From Ktedonobacterales bacterium (GTDB taxonomy: Bacteria > Chloroflexota > Ktedonobacteria > Ktedonobacterales > JADMIN01), in NCBI GenBank assembly GCA_030167145.1, contig CP126532.1, positions 210,001 to 242,000 of the forward strand: a DNA stretch of 32,000 nucleotides. The letters run 5' to 3'. Position numbers and translations under genes: made by a program. Shown in pieces: positions 8,500 through 17,456 of this stretch. Positions within the stretch are counted from its first letter, which is position 1; every line of letters starts with the position of its first letter. The notes under the pieces were generated by a model. It was not told the DNA's origin and made no database searches. It saw only the letters and a list, made by a program, of their open reading frames with translations.

Positions 8500-11400
8500 C
8501 TAGCGGCTTACCGGCACTTCGGCCAACTGCATCGAGATCACCCGCGAGACACTATTCTCACCCATGGACACGCCATAGATGGCGCTGGCATACGTCATCG
8601 TAACACGGTTATGCGTTATCACCACGAATTGCGTCCGCTCCGCAAGCACCTTGAGAATCTCGCAGAACCGCACCACATTCGCCTCATCCAGCGCGGCGTC
8701 TACCTCATCCAATAGGCAGAATGGCGGAGGGTTGATTTCAAGCAGCGAGAACAGCAGCGCCACCGAAACCATCGCGCGCTCGCCACCAGAGAGCAGCGAA
8801 AGATCCTGCACCCGCTTCCCCGGAATCTGCACATAGACCTCAACACCTCCCATACTGGGCTTGGCTGGCGTGCGCGAGTCTATGTCCCCTTCGTCGTCAT
8901 CTTCATTCTGTGCCCGTCGCGGCGCTGTCAATTCAAGGCGCGCGGCGCCACCCGAAAAGAGCGTGACGAAATGGTGTTGAAATTTCTCATTGACCGCATG
9001 AAACGTCTCCTCGAATTGACGGCGCATCGTAGCATCTAGCTCAGCAATCACTGTGCGCAGATTCGCTGACGCCTGTTCCATATCGCGGATCTGGCTCGTG
9101 AGAAAGTCATACCGCGTCTTCAATTCCTCGTACATCTGCGGCGCATCGGGATCATAGCCGCCAAGATGCTTAATACGGTTGCGAAGCTGGTCAATCTGGC
9201 GGCGCATCTTCGTCGCCTCCTCGGGCGCGAGTTCCAGCATAGCTGCATCGTGTACTTCGCCATCCTCACCACCTTGTCCCAGAATACTAGCTACTGGGTC
9301 GTCCTCATCTTCAGTGCCCAACTCTTCACGAATCTGCCGCGCCAGCAATTCGAGTGCATCTCGCGCCCGCTGAGACTCAATAATCCCCCGCTGATACTCC
9401 ACTTCCAGGCGCGCGAGTTCCTCCCGCTCGGTGCCTTGCCCGCGTTCAAGTTCGTGTATCTGGCGCTCGATGTCAGCCTGCTCCACATCACGCGCACGCA
9501 ACCGCTCACCAAGCTCCTGCGTCTGTGTACGCAATTCGCTTAATGCCGCCTCCTGTGCCTCAGAATTTTCAGCAATCTGATCGCGCTGCACGCGAAGCGA
9601 CGCAAGCCTGCTGTCACGCCGGCTCATTTGTGTCTCTAGCTCTTTCAGTTGCGCACGCACCTGATCCGCACGTTGCGCTAATGCCTTAGCTTCCTGCCGC
9701 TGCACCGCCGCCGCTGTACGCATCTGTGCCAGTTCATCCTGCTTGCTACGCCCCTGTGCCAGAAGTTCATCAACCTCCAACTGAATGTCTTCCACCCGCT
9801 CAGCGGCCTCGCGCTGCATCGTCTCCTGTTCCACAACCCGCTCAGCCGTCGCCACCACCTCTTGCTCGATCCCACTCACCTCAGCCGCTAGTTGCTCCAC
9901 CACCGCCTGGCTCAAGGCCGCGTCACGCTGGGCGCGCTCATGTTCACGCTGAAGCCCCGTAAGGTGCCGAGCGAGTTCCTGAGCACTCGCCTCGCTGCCC
10001 TGAGTCTGTTTTCGCAATGCCTCGGACTGTACTTTCCGCTGCTCCTGTGCGCGCCGCGCATCATCATATTGCGCTTGAAGCTCGGTGATGCTGCCGGCAA
10101 GCCGTTCGATCTCAGCCGGCAGCGCACGTAGTTCGCGCTCCCGCGCCAGGGCGCTGCTGCCCTCGTCACCAGCGACGCCCGCCACACCACCACCGCGCAG
10201 CCAGCCGTCGGGGTATAGCATCTCGCCACCTCGTGTCACGCTGGGAACAGGTGGCAGCGCTCTACCCCACATACGCTGAGCAGTAGCAATGTCGCGTACC
10301 ACATAGGTATCGCCCAGCAGATACTTCACCAGTGGCTGTAAGTACGCATCACACGAGACATGTTCTTCCGCCCGCCCCAACAGATCAGTGCCATCAGGCT
10401 CCGGCAACTGCATGGCCCGCTCTGCACGTGCAACATCGGTCCCCGGCCAGATAAACAGCGCGTGCCCACTGCCATGCTCACGCAACCAATCAGCAGCGTG
10501 CAGCGCGTCCGCCGCCGACTCAACGACAATGGAATGCAAAAAGACGCCAAGCGCCGCCTCTACCGCCACTTCGAGTCCCGTCGCTACAGTGATAAGCTGC
10601 GAAAGCACGCCAATAAGGGGTGGGCGCGTCTCCATATCCTCCCGCAGCAACGCCCGCACGCCAGAGTCAAAGCCTTCTAGACTACGCCGCCACTCCTCAA
10701 GCAGCGCTAGGCGGTCTGCCAACGCGCGGCTCTCACGCTGGCTATCCGCAACTTCCGCGCGCAGCCGCTCGATTTCCGCTTGACCGTCAGCAATCTCACG
10801 CGCCAGATCATCGCGCTGCGCCACCAGCGCTTCCACCGCGGTTCGCGCTGCCTCGAATGCCTGATGTCGCTCATCTACCTGCGCCTGCGCGGCTTCCAGT
10901 TTATGCGCCGCCTGACCAGCGGCATCGCGCCGGGCTGCCAGTGTCCGGTTTCGCTCACCCAATTGCTTCTGCAAGCGTCCCATCTCACTCTGCGCCGCCC
11001 CAAGCCGCGCCTGCGCCTGAATCACATCGCGCTGCGCCGCTCGCAACCGCGCGTCCTCGCGCTCCTGCTCTTGACGTGCTGCATGCGTCAGATGCTCAAT
11101 CTCTTCTAGTCGTGCCGCCGTCTCTCGATTCTGCTCCTCTGCGCGAGCAATCTGCGCTTCGAGCGCCCCAACATGCGCCTGCGCCACCTCTACCGCCTCG
11201 CCCTGCTGCTGCTGCTCCGCCTCAAGCTCAGCCTCTTGCCGATTCGAGCTTGCCAGCCGCTCGCGAGCGACCGCCAGTTCGCGCTCAGTGGTTTGTAACC
11301 GATTCGTTGCCTCGCCACGGCTCCGACGCAGCTCTACGACCTCCGCGCTGATCTCTTCTCGTCGCTGCGCAAGCTCCTGCAATAGCCCATCCTCGACCGC

Positions 11401-12186
11401 CAGCGCATCGTGCAACTTCTGGATACGCAGCGCGAACTCGCCTTCAGCGGCCTCTGCGCGCTCACGCGCGACCACCATCTCAGACCACTGTCGCCGGTAC
11501 CAGATCCGCAGCAGCCGCGTCAGTTCTTCACGTGTCCCCGCGAACTCCACCGCCCGGCGCGCCTGCTCTGCCAGCGGCGCGAGCCTCGGCTCGATCTCGC
11601 CCACAATATCGCGCAGACGCGCCAGATTCGACTGCGTTAGGCCAAGTTTCTGCTCAGCATCCGTGCGTTGCGCCTGAAACTGGCGGATGCCTGCCGCATC
11701 CTCAAAAAGCGCTCGCCGCTCCTCAGGTCGCTGGCTCAGTGCCTGATCTACCATCCCCTGCCCGATAACCGTGTACGAATCATGACCAATCCGCGCCTGC
11801 GCCAGCAACAGCAACACATCTTTCAGCCGGACACGCTGCCCATTCGTCAGGTATTCGCTGTCACCAGACCGAAAGCTCCGCCGCGCAACCGTCACTTCCG
11901 TGAAATCCGACGGCAACCACGAGGCGCTATTATCCAGAACCAGCCCGACCTCCGCCATCTGCATCGCCGTTTTGCTCTGGCCGCCTGCAAAGATAACGTC
12001 GTCGCTCTTTTTGCCGCGCAGGGTCCGCATACTCTGCTCACCCAGCACCCAGCGAATGGAGTCGGCAATATTGCTCTTTCCCGACCCGTTCGGCCCTACA
12101 ATCGCGGTAATGCCTGGGCTGAATTCCAACACGGTACGAGGGGCAAAACTCTTGAATCCGTGTAGCTCGATCCGCTTGAGATACAC
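8500..12186 (-). CDS. smc: Chromosome segregation protein SMC
   Basis: YLKRIELHGFKSF is followed by Walker A GPNGSGKSN. Two very long E/Q/A/R/L-rich coiled-coil arms flank a hinge (VLSQLITVATGLEVAVEAALG). The C-terminus carries the signature LSGGERAMVSVALLFS and Walker B FCLLDEVDAALD. I prefer GTG 12186 as the start, giving M-YLKRIEL with GGAGG 5 nt upstream. ORF-track GTG 12198 has no usable Shine-Dalgarno spacing. Confidence 0.93.
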   Translation of the reverse strand: MYLKRIELHGFKSFAPRTVLEFSPGITAIVGPNGSGKSNIADSIRWVLGEQSMRTLRGKKSDDVIFAGGQSKTAMQMAEVGLVLDNSASWLPSDFTEVTVARRSFRSGDSEYLTNGQRVRLKDVLLLLAQARIGHDSYTVIGQGMVDQALSQRPEERRALFEDAAGIRQFQAQRTDAEQKLGLTQSNLARLRDIVGEIEPRLAPLAEQARRAVEFAGTREELTRLLRIWYRRQWSEMVVARERAEAAEGEFALRIQKLHDALAVEDGLLQELAQRREEISAEVVELRRSRGEATNRLQTTERELAVARERLASSNRQEAELEAEQQQQGEAVEVAQAHVGALEAQIARAEEQNRETAARLEEIEHLTHAARQEQEREDARLRAAQRDVIQAQARLGAAQSEMGRLQKQLGERNRTLAARRDAAGQAAHKLEAAQAQVDERHQAFEAARTAVEALVAQRDDLAREIADGQAEIERLRAEVADSQRESRALADRLALLEEWRRSLEGFDSGVRALLREDMETRPPLIGVLSQLITVATGLEVAVEAALGVFLHSIVVESAADALHAADWLREHGSGHALFIWPGTDVARAERAMQLPEPDGTDLLGRAEEHVSCDAYLQPLVKYLLGDTYVVRDIATAQRMWGRALPPVPSVTRGGEMLYPDGWLRGGGVAGVAGDEGSSALARERELRALPAEIERLAGSITELQAQYDDARRAQEQRKVQSEALRKQTQGSEASAQELARHLTGLQREHERAQRDAALSQAVVEQLAAEVSGIEQEVVATAERVVEQETMQREAAERVEDIQLEVDELLAQGRSKQDELAQMRTAAAVQRQEAKALAQRADQVRAQLKELETQMSRRDSRLASLRVQRDQIAENSEAQEAALSELRTQTQELGERLRARDVEQADIERQIHELERGQGTEREELARLEVEYQRGIIESQRARDALELLARQIREELGTEDEDDPVASILGQGGEDGEVHDAAMLELAPEEATKMRRQIDQLRNRIKHLGGYDPDAPQMYEELKTRYDFLTSQIRDMEQASANLRTVIAELDATMRRQFEETFHAVNEKFQHHFVTLFSGGAARLELTAPRRAQNEDDDEGDIDSRTPAKPSMGGVEVYVQIPGKRVQDLSLLSGGERAMVSVALLFSLLEINPPPFCLLDEVDAALDEANVVRFCEILKVLAERTQFVVITHNRVTMTYASAIYGVSMGENSVSRVISMQLAEVPVSR

Positions 12187-12210
12187 CCGCCCCTCCACTC
12201 ACCTAAAAGC

Positions 12211-12233
12211 AATCACATTCACAGCCTTCGCGC
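12211..12233. repeat. Copy A of a 23-bp direct repeat (AATCACATTCACAGCCTTCGCGC)
   Basis: It matches copy B (12417-12439) at 20 of 23 positions in the same orientation. It lies in the presumed smc 5' leader, 7 bp from an inverted TGGTATG element. Confidence 0.6.
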
Positions 12234-12240
12234 CGCGAAT

Positions 12241-12249
12241 AGCATACCA
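12241..12249 (-). promoter_or_regulatory. Candidate extended -10 element for smc (TGgTATGCT)
   Basis: The reverse complement of plus-strand AGCATACCA (12241-12249) reads TGGTATGCT. No good -35 is present (GTCAAT at the 17-nt position). The element lies about 55 nt upstream of GTG 12186. Confidence 0.35.
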
Positions 12250-12416
12250 TACGTCCTCGGCGCATTGACCGCAACCCTGCTCACATCACCGCGATGGGCT
12301 AGGCGCGGCCCACTCCGCGATATACCAACGTCTCGCCAGCAAATTGCGCTGCCCCGTCGGCACACCACGTAGGCATTCATGCCCCCCTCTCCGCGCGGCG
12401 GCCATTGATGGGCGAG

Positions 12417-12439
12417 AATCACATACACACCCTTGGCGC
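12417..12439. repeat. Copy B of the 23-bp direct repeat (AATCACATACACACCCTTGGCGC)
   Basis: It matches copy A at 20 of 23 positions. It occupies the position where the -35 of the tRNA-Gly promoter would sit and ends 5 bp before TGGTATGAT. Confidence 0.6.
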
Positions 12440-12444
12440 GGATG

Positions 12445-12453
12445 TGGTATGAT
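12445..12453 (+). promoter_or_regulatory. Candidate extended -10 promoter of tRNA-Gly (TGgTATGAT)
   Basis: TGGTATGAT at 12445-12453 ends 16 nt before the mature tRNA 5' end at 12469. This is consistent with a short leader removed by RNase P. No canonical -35 is seen. Confidence 0.45.
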
Positions 12454-12468
12454 AGCTACGTTCCGTTC

Positions 12469-12544
12469 GCGGGAGTAGCTCAGTTGGTAGAGTACCTGCC
12501 TTCCAAGCAGGGCGTCGCGGGTTCGAGTCCCGTCTCCCGCTCCA
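12469..12544 (+). tRNA. tRNA-Gly (anticodon UCC), CCA encoded
   Basis: I folded the cloverleaf by hand. The acceptor stem is GCGGGAG/CTCCCGC. The D arm is GCTC-AGTTGGTA-GAGT. The anticodon arm is CCTGC-CTTCCAA-GCAGG, giving anticodon TCC. The variable loop is GCGTC. The T arm is GCGGG-TTCGAGT-CCCGT. The discriminator is T, followed by CCA. Confidence 0.93.
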
Positions 12545-12654
12545 ATCTCCTAATTCCTCTTTGCGCCACTCGCTGACGTGCGCGCAAGACAACACCCATT
12601 CTAGTTCATCCGCTCCCTCAACCTCCTCTCTTGAAAGCCTCTACCTCTTTTCGC

Positions 12655-12683
12655 TTGCCTATTCCTCCTGTCAGGTGTATACT
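12655..12683 (+). promoter_or_regulatory. Candidate sigma70-type promoter: TTGCCT-N17-TATACT
   Basis: The -35 TTGCCT lies at 12655-12660, followed by a 17-nt spacer and the -10 TATACT at 12678-12683. It sits about 70 nt upstream of the zinc-ribbon membrane protein start. Confidence 0.4.
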
Positions 12684-12755
12684 CGCAGCGGTTGCTGAAA
12701 CCACGCAAGAGTGTGCGTGTGGGTAACAATCCTCGTAGGCGAAGGGTGGCATAGT

Positions 12756-14000
12756 ATGGCGATGCAGTTCTGTCCGTTCTGTGGAGCACCGGTCGTGGTC
12801 GCAGGAGCGCAATTTTGCGCCACTTGTGGCAAGGCATACCCCACCGGGAGCAGCGCGAGTGCATTGGAGGGATTGCCGGTCACACAGCCACCACAGTCCA
12901 CCCCATTGCCGCCTCCACCACCTGCTCCTCCAGCAGGCTGGCAAACGCCAGTGTATGCCGGTTACGCGCAGCTTCAGCCGGGCATCCCCGTAGTTATGGC
13001 ACGCAGCCCAAAATCGCCAGGCATCGCCGTACTCCTCGAATTTTTGTTTGCTGGCACAGGGGCAATGTATGCCGAACAAGTCGGCACTGGCGTAGCCTGG
13101 CTCGTGGGCACGATTATCGCAAACGTGATCGCAAGTATCGTCATGGTGGCCACGCTGCAGCATGCCTCCCAAATCAACTACGATCCGAATTATGGCTACT
13201 ATTACACACACGACTATTCCGCATTCTACGCAGTGCTCGTTGTGGTCTCCCTACTGAGCATCACCTGGCTCATCGTGCGCTGCGTGCTGGCCTCTGGCTA
13301 TGTACGGCGCTACAACGCCCAGTTGGCGGGCGTATTCCCCAGCGCGACCACTGGCTACGGCGCGATCCGCGCATTCCCGCAAGGGCCAGCGGTGACCACT
13401 TCCCGCGCGGTGTGGACGACAGTGGGGCTAGCCGCGGTGTCGATCTTAGTTTCTTTTATTTCATTCCGTCCTTATTTATTCCTTGGTTTGGATTGGGTGT
13501 TGGGATTCATTTACCCAGGAGTTATGCTTGCCGCAGCGTATTGGGTAACTCTCATTCTATTGCATCGTGTGTCCTGGCTGCCCGCTGCGGGTGCGGGAAT
13601 ACTCGCAACAATAGCAAGTGGTGTCATTGCCATATTTGTACTCTCGCTTTCATTTGACTCTCGAGTGGGATCTCTCTTATATGAGAGTTCTCTATCCACA
13701 ATGATCTATGGCGTAATCATTGGCCTGATAGGCGCAGGATTTGCCGCGATGTTTGCGCGGTGGCATGATGTACGCACATGGCGCCTGCCAAACACATTGC
13801 AGCGTGATATAGGCGTTATAGTGGGTGCCATTTTGGCGTCACTTTTGATAGTAACCTTCCTTTTCGACCACATTCGCTTTGGCTATGTCCTGGGCTTGGT
13901 CTTCTATAGTTTGGTTCCAATCCTCATCCTCTCCGCCGCGAGCCTCCTGACCTTCCGTGCCTTGCGGCGCGCCCAGCCGACAGGCTCCCTACCGCAATAG
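12756..14000 (+). CDS. Zinc-ribbon-containing polytopic membrane protein of unknown function
   Basis: MAMQFCPFCGAPVVVAGAQFCATCG is a CxxC-x11-CxxC zinc ribbon. A Pro-rich linker follows (QPPQSTPLPPPPPAPPAGW). Many hydrophobic spans come next, for example GIAVLLEFLFAGTGAMY, VAWLVGTIIANVIASIVMVA, FYAVLVVVSLLSITWLIV and WVTLILL. The start was chosen at ATG 12756; GTG 12711 and ATG 12762 are alternatives. Confidence 0.7.
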   Translation: MAMQFCPFCGAPVVVAGAQFCATCGKAYPTGSSASALEGLPVTQPPQSTPLPPPPPAPPAGWQTPVYAGYAQLQPGIPVVMARSPKSPGIAVLLEFLFAGTGAMYAEQVGTGVAWLVGTIIANVIASIVMVATLQHASQINYDPNYGYYYTHDYSAFYAVLVVVSLLSITWLIVRCVLASGYVRRYNAQLAGVFPSATTGYGAIRAFPQGPAVTTSRAVWTTVGLAAVSILVSFISFRPYLFLGLDWVLGFIYPGVMLAAAYWVTLILLHRVSWLPAAGAGILATIASGVIAIFVLSLSFDSRVGSLLYESSLSTMIYGVIIGLIGAGFAAMFARWHDVRTWRLPNTLQRDIGVIVGAILASLLIVTFLFDHIRFGYVLGLVFYSLVPILILSAASLLTFRALRRAQPTGSLPQ

Positions 14001-14249
14001 TGGTGGGCGCGAACAAGCATGAACGTTGCGCATGGAAGCGATATACTTGGCCAACTACTCCATGGCTAATCCCTGGGGTCGGAATCGTATGCTACCAAGT
14101 CTTGGGGCATTGTCGCTTTCATCACACTTGCCAACCGGGATAAGCCGCAGCATTCATGCCGAGAACTCCCTTTATCGCCCATCTCGCTATATGCCACCTC
14201 GTTCAATCACGAACTATGCTTCAGGTGCCGCGCAGCACGCCCCATATCC

Positions 14250-17246
14250 CTACGCCTCAGATATGCGCGTGCGCTCGCTCACCGTCCCCGCCGCCCCAAA
14301 CTCCTCGGCTACATCCGGTCGCGCGGGAGCAGTAACCCGCGCACGGACCACACCACCGCGTCCATCGTACAGACTCGCGCAGTAACCAATGAGCCGCTTC
14401 AGCAACGGCGTCCCTTCGAGCCACACGCGATCCCCCACGAGCAGCAGCTTGCGCTGCGCGCGAGTCAGCGCCACGTTCAGGCGATTCGGCTCCGCCAGAA
14501 AATCGCTCCCGTGGACAATGTTCATACCCGTCGTGCGCCCACCGAACGAAAAGACGATCACCCGCCGCTCCGCCCCCTGGAAGCGATCTACCGTATCCAC
14601 CGTCACAGCGCGTTCACTCTGCGCCGCCAGCGCCTGCCGAATCGCCGCCACCTGCGCGCGATACGGCGCAATCACCCCAATCTCCTCAGCAGGCACACCG
14701 CCCTCACGCAGTGCCAGCACCAGCCGCCAGACCACCTCTGCCTGCACGCGGCTCACCTTTCCTGGCGGCTCTGCACCCGCCGACACATCTACGAACACCA
14801 GCGGCTGTTCCGGCGCCAGCAGCGTGCTGTAGGGATGCGTTGGCGGCAGCGCCACATCCAGCAGCGCCGTGCGAGCGAGACCATCCGCGACAAGTTGGCC
14901 GGCGTAAAACTCATCGCCGGGAAACTGGCAGATCACAGGATGCATGCGATACTGCTGCGTCAGCGCCACACTCGCACTCTCTCCCCAGCGCGCCAGCAGA
15001 TCCGCGAAGAGCGACCGCCGCAGCCCGCCTTCCGCCGCCGCCTCGCTCTGCACCAGCGGTGGCAACTGGCGCTCGTCGCCCACCAGCACGAAGCGCCGCG
15101 CGAATCGCAGCGCCCCCAGCAGCGCGGGCGTAGTCAACTGGCTCGCCTCGTCTATGATCGCCAGATCGAATCGCAGCGGATCCCCCACCGCATCATAGTG
15201 CTCCGAAGACCACGTCGCCGTCGTCGCCGCCACCACCCGCGCACGGAGCAATACGTCGCGCATCCCCTGTGGGTCAAGTTCTCCTTGTCCGCCGGCCACC
15301 GCACTGGCGCGTTCTTTCAAGCGGTAACGGTGTAGCTCGGGCGCAATACTCAACTCGTGCCCCAGCCGCACCGCATCATCTATGCCCGACGTTACCAACC
15401 GCAGCAGCGCGTTATCTACCGCCTGGTTGGTGAATGCAGCCAGCAGTACGCGCTCACCCCGCTCCATTGCTCGCCGCGCGATTTCTGCCACCACCTGCGT
15501 CTTGCCCGTCCCTGGCGGCCCCTGGATCAGCATGAAATCTTTCGCTGCCAGCGCCCGCGCCACCGCCGCCCGCTGCTCCTCATTGAAACTGGCAGGCAGG
15601 TCATCTAGGTGCGGCGCATCGCCGAAATCAGGCGCGCACATGCCCGCCACTAGCGCACGCAGACGCGGCTCCGCATGCAGCCAGCGCCACAGATTCCGCA
15701 CTGTGCGATCATGCGTGATGTCGCTGGAATAGCGGTCGAGGAGCGCGGGATTGCTAATCCGTTCCGGTGTCCAGACGGTAACGCCGGTATCGGTGAGGTT
15801 CAGTATCGTGCCCGTAACGACCTCGCCATAGATCGGATCGCCATCGCTCAGCAGCACCGCATCATTCTCGCGTAGCTCCGAGGTGTTGCGGCATCGAAAA
15901 CGATACTCCCATTCACCACTCTCTGTTTGCCGTGGCTCACCATCCAGCGTCAGCCCGCCCAGCGCGATGCCCGCCGCGCAGCGTTCCGCCACGCTCATCC
16001 GCCATAGTGCGGCGGATGCACCTTCGGCGGCCCGCCCCTCCAGCCGCAGCAATTCATACGCCGCCGCGAATGCTCTCCCATCCGCATCTTGAATCGCTTC
16101 GGGGTGCTCATCGCTTTCCGGCGGCTCCCAGCCAAGCAACGACGAGACAGTCAGACATTCGGCGCGCAGTCGGCAGCGCGCGCAGGTCTTCGCGCCGGGC
16201 GGCGCGGGTACAACGCCGGTCGCGTGCGCCAGCGCTAGATCATTGCGCAGGTCCAGCACGCGCAGCAGATCGCGCATAGTAAAGGGAATGCCATGTCCTT
16301 CAGCCTGCCCTGGTGTCCCACTATAGAGTAGCGTCGCTTGTGGCCGGTCGCGGTCGTTCGGGCGCAGCGCCGTCAGCAGCGCCTGATACCCATAAACCTG
16401 CCAGCGGTGCTCGCGCTTCGGCAGCGCCGCATGTGCCGCGCCAGTCTTCAGTTCCAGCAGCCGCCCGCCGATCTCGTCGCTCAGGAGGAAGTCGAGCCGT
16501 CCCCGCAGCCCAATCTCCGGCGCCAGCAGAAACGTCTCCGCGCGCACATGCAGCGCATGCGACCAGAGGTTATTGCGTCCATTCGTATGCCATGCGACCA
16601 GCGCGCGCAGGTGCGGCTCGGCCTCGGCGGCCATCTCGTCATAGGGAATCTGCCGCAGCGCCAGGTCGGCAAGCTGATTGTGCAGCGCCCGTCGTAGGTA
16701 GGCCGATGTTTCTTCGCCGCCGCCCTTGAGCAGTTCCTTGAAGGCAGCGTGAATAATTGTGCCGCGCAGCGAGGCGGCGCTCGGTGGCGATGGCAGCATG
16801 CGACGCAGCGGATAGTGGCGCACGCAGTACTCAGCATTGTTGATGTCGGTGATATTGAAGAGCAGGTCGGGTTCCAGCACGATAGCGCTTGCGGGCGTCG
16901 TGTCCAGCCTATCGCCGCGTTCATCCCCTGGTGTGCGCAACAGATGGAACACGCGCAGTCGTAACCCGCGCATCGTTTCATCTGGCAGTGCCGCCAGCGC
17001 CCGTGCGAGCGTCCGCGTCCGCTCCGGCAGCCGTACCGTCACCTGCGCGCCACCAGCCGTTTCGAGCCGCGCCACCCCTCGCGCATGCGTCCCCTCTGGC
17101 AATACAAACGCCAGCAGCCTACCTTCCACACGCGGCTCCTGGCACGGCATGCCCACGTGCGCGCAGAGAAAACAACCGTCCTTCACATTCTCGACGCCTT
17201 TCGCCGCCCCATCCCCAGCCGTTCGCGCCATCCCATCCACCCGCAC
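14250..17246 (-). CDS. Dna2-like nuclease-helicase: Cas4/RecB-type PD-(D/E)xK Fe-S nuclease + beta-barrel + Upf1/Dna2-like SF1B helicase
   Basis: Nuclease motifs: the first cluster Cys in NAEYCVRHY (C141), GTIIHAAFKE, RLDFLL...LLELKTG (D...ExK), QVYGYQALL (QxxxY) and CARCRLRAEC (CxxCx5C, C355/C358/C364). Helicase motifs: FNEEQRAAV, Walker A GPPGTGKT (aa 576-583), AFTNQAVDN, DLAIIDEASQ, VLVGDERQLPP, LTQQYRMHP, TVDRFQGAERRVIVFS and LNVALTRAQRKL. The start is uncertain among GTG 17246, GTG 17240 (GGAGAGG 7 nt upstream) and ATG 17231. Confidence 0.85.
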   Translation of the reverse strand: MRVDGMARTAGDGAAKGVENVKDGCFLCAHVGMPCQEPRVEGRLLAFVLPEGTHARGVARLETAGGAQVTVRLPERTRTLARALAALPDETMRGLRLRVFHLLRTPGDERGDRLDTTPASAIVLEPDLLFNITDINNAEYCVRHYPLRRMLPSPPSAASLRGTIIHAAFKELLKGGGEETSAYLRRALHNQLADLALRQIPYDEMAAEAEPHLRALVAWHTNGRNNLWSHALHVRAETFLLAPEIGLRGRLDFLLSDEIGGRLLELKTGAAHAALPKREHRWQVYGYQALLTALRPNDRDRPQATLLYSGTPGQAEGHGIPFTMRDLLRVLDLRNDLALAHATGVVPAPPGAKTCARCRLRAECLTVSSLLGWEPPESDEHPEAIQDADGRAFAAAYELLRLEGRAAEGASAALWRMSVAERCAAGIALGGLTLDGEPRQTESGEWEYRFRCRNTSELRENDAVLLSDGDPIYGEVVTGTILNLTDTGVTVWTPERISNPALLDRYSSDITHDRTVRNLWRWLHAEPRLRALVAGMCAPDFGDAPHLDDLPASFNEEQRAAVARALAAKDFMLIQGPPGTGKTQVVAEIARRAMERGERVLLAAFTNQAVDNALLRLVTSGIDDAVRLGHELSIAPELHRYRLKERASAVAGGQGELDPQGMRDVLLRARVVAATTATWSSEHYDAVGDPLRFDLAIIDEASQLTTPALLGALRFARRFVLVGDERQLPPLVQSEAAAEGGLRRSLFADLLARWGESASVALTQQYRMHPVICQFPGDEFYAGQLVADGLARTALLDVALPPTHPYSTLLAPEQPLVFVDVSAGAEPPGKVSRVQAEVVWRLVLALREGGVPAEEIGVIAPYRAQVAAIRQALAAQSERAVTVDTVDRFQGAERRVIVFSFGGRTTGMNIVHGSDFLAEPNRLNVALTRAQRKLLLVGDRVWLEGTPLLKRLIGYCASLYDGRGGVVRARVTAPARPDVAEEFGAAGTVSERTRISEA

Positions 17247-17311
17247 ACCTCTCCATTTCCCTAGTCCAACGCAATGCGCCTATCCCCATTATCTCTCTGC
17301 CTACCTGCGCT

Positions 17312-17340
17312 TTCACCACTATGGCGGACTATCGTATAAT
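17312..17340 (+). promoter_or_regulatory. Candidate sigma70-type promoter: TTCACC-N17-TATAAT
   Basis: The -35 TTCACC lies at 17312-17317, followed by a 17-nt spacer and a perfect -10 TATAAT at 17335-17340. It sits in the AT-rich divergent region and points toward the gene at 17654. Two further candidates lie downstream: TCGCCA-N17-TATAGT (17365-17393) and TGgTATCAT (17448-17456). Confidence 0.4.
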
Positions 17341-17456
17341 TACTTCCCGACGAACACTACGCATTCGCCATAATTCGCCTGCAAGGTTATAGTACAAAAT
17401 GCGTAGCGAATGCCCAGAATAGTGCGCATTAAATTTGCAGACGGAACTGGTATCAT

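Noticed and set aside
12601-12670. A pyrimidine-rich tract (about 77% C+T by my count) with three CCTCC motifs between tRNA-Gly and the next gene. It could be an anti-Shine-Dalgarno-like or triplex-forming element.
   Set aside because: No repeat unit or secondary structure is evident. It largely lies upstream of the most plausible promoter (12655-12683), so it is probably just spacer or UP-like sequence. There is no way to support a function from the sequence alone.
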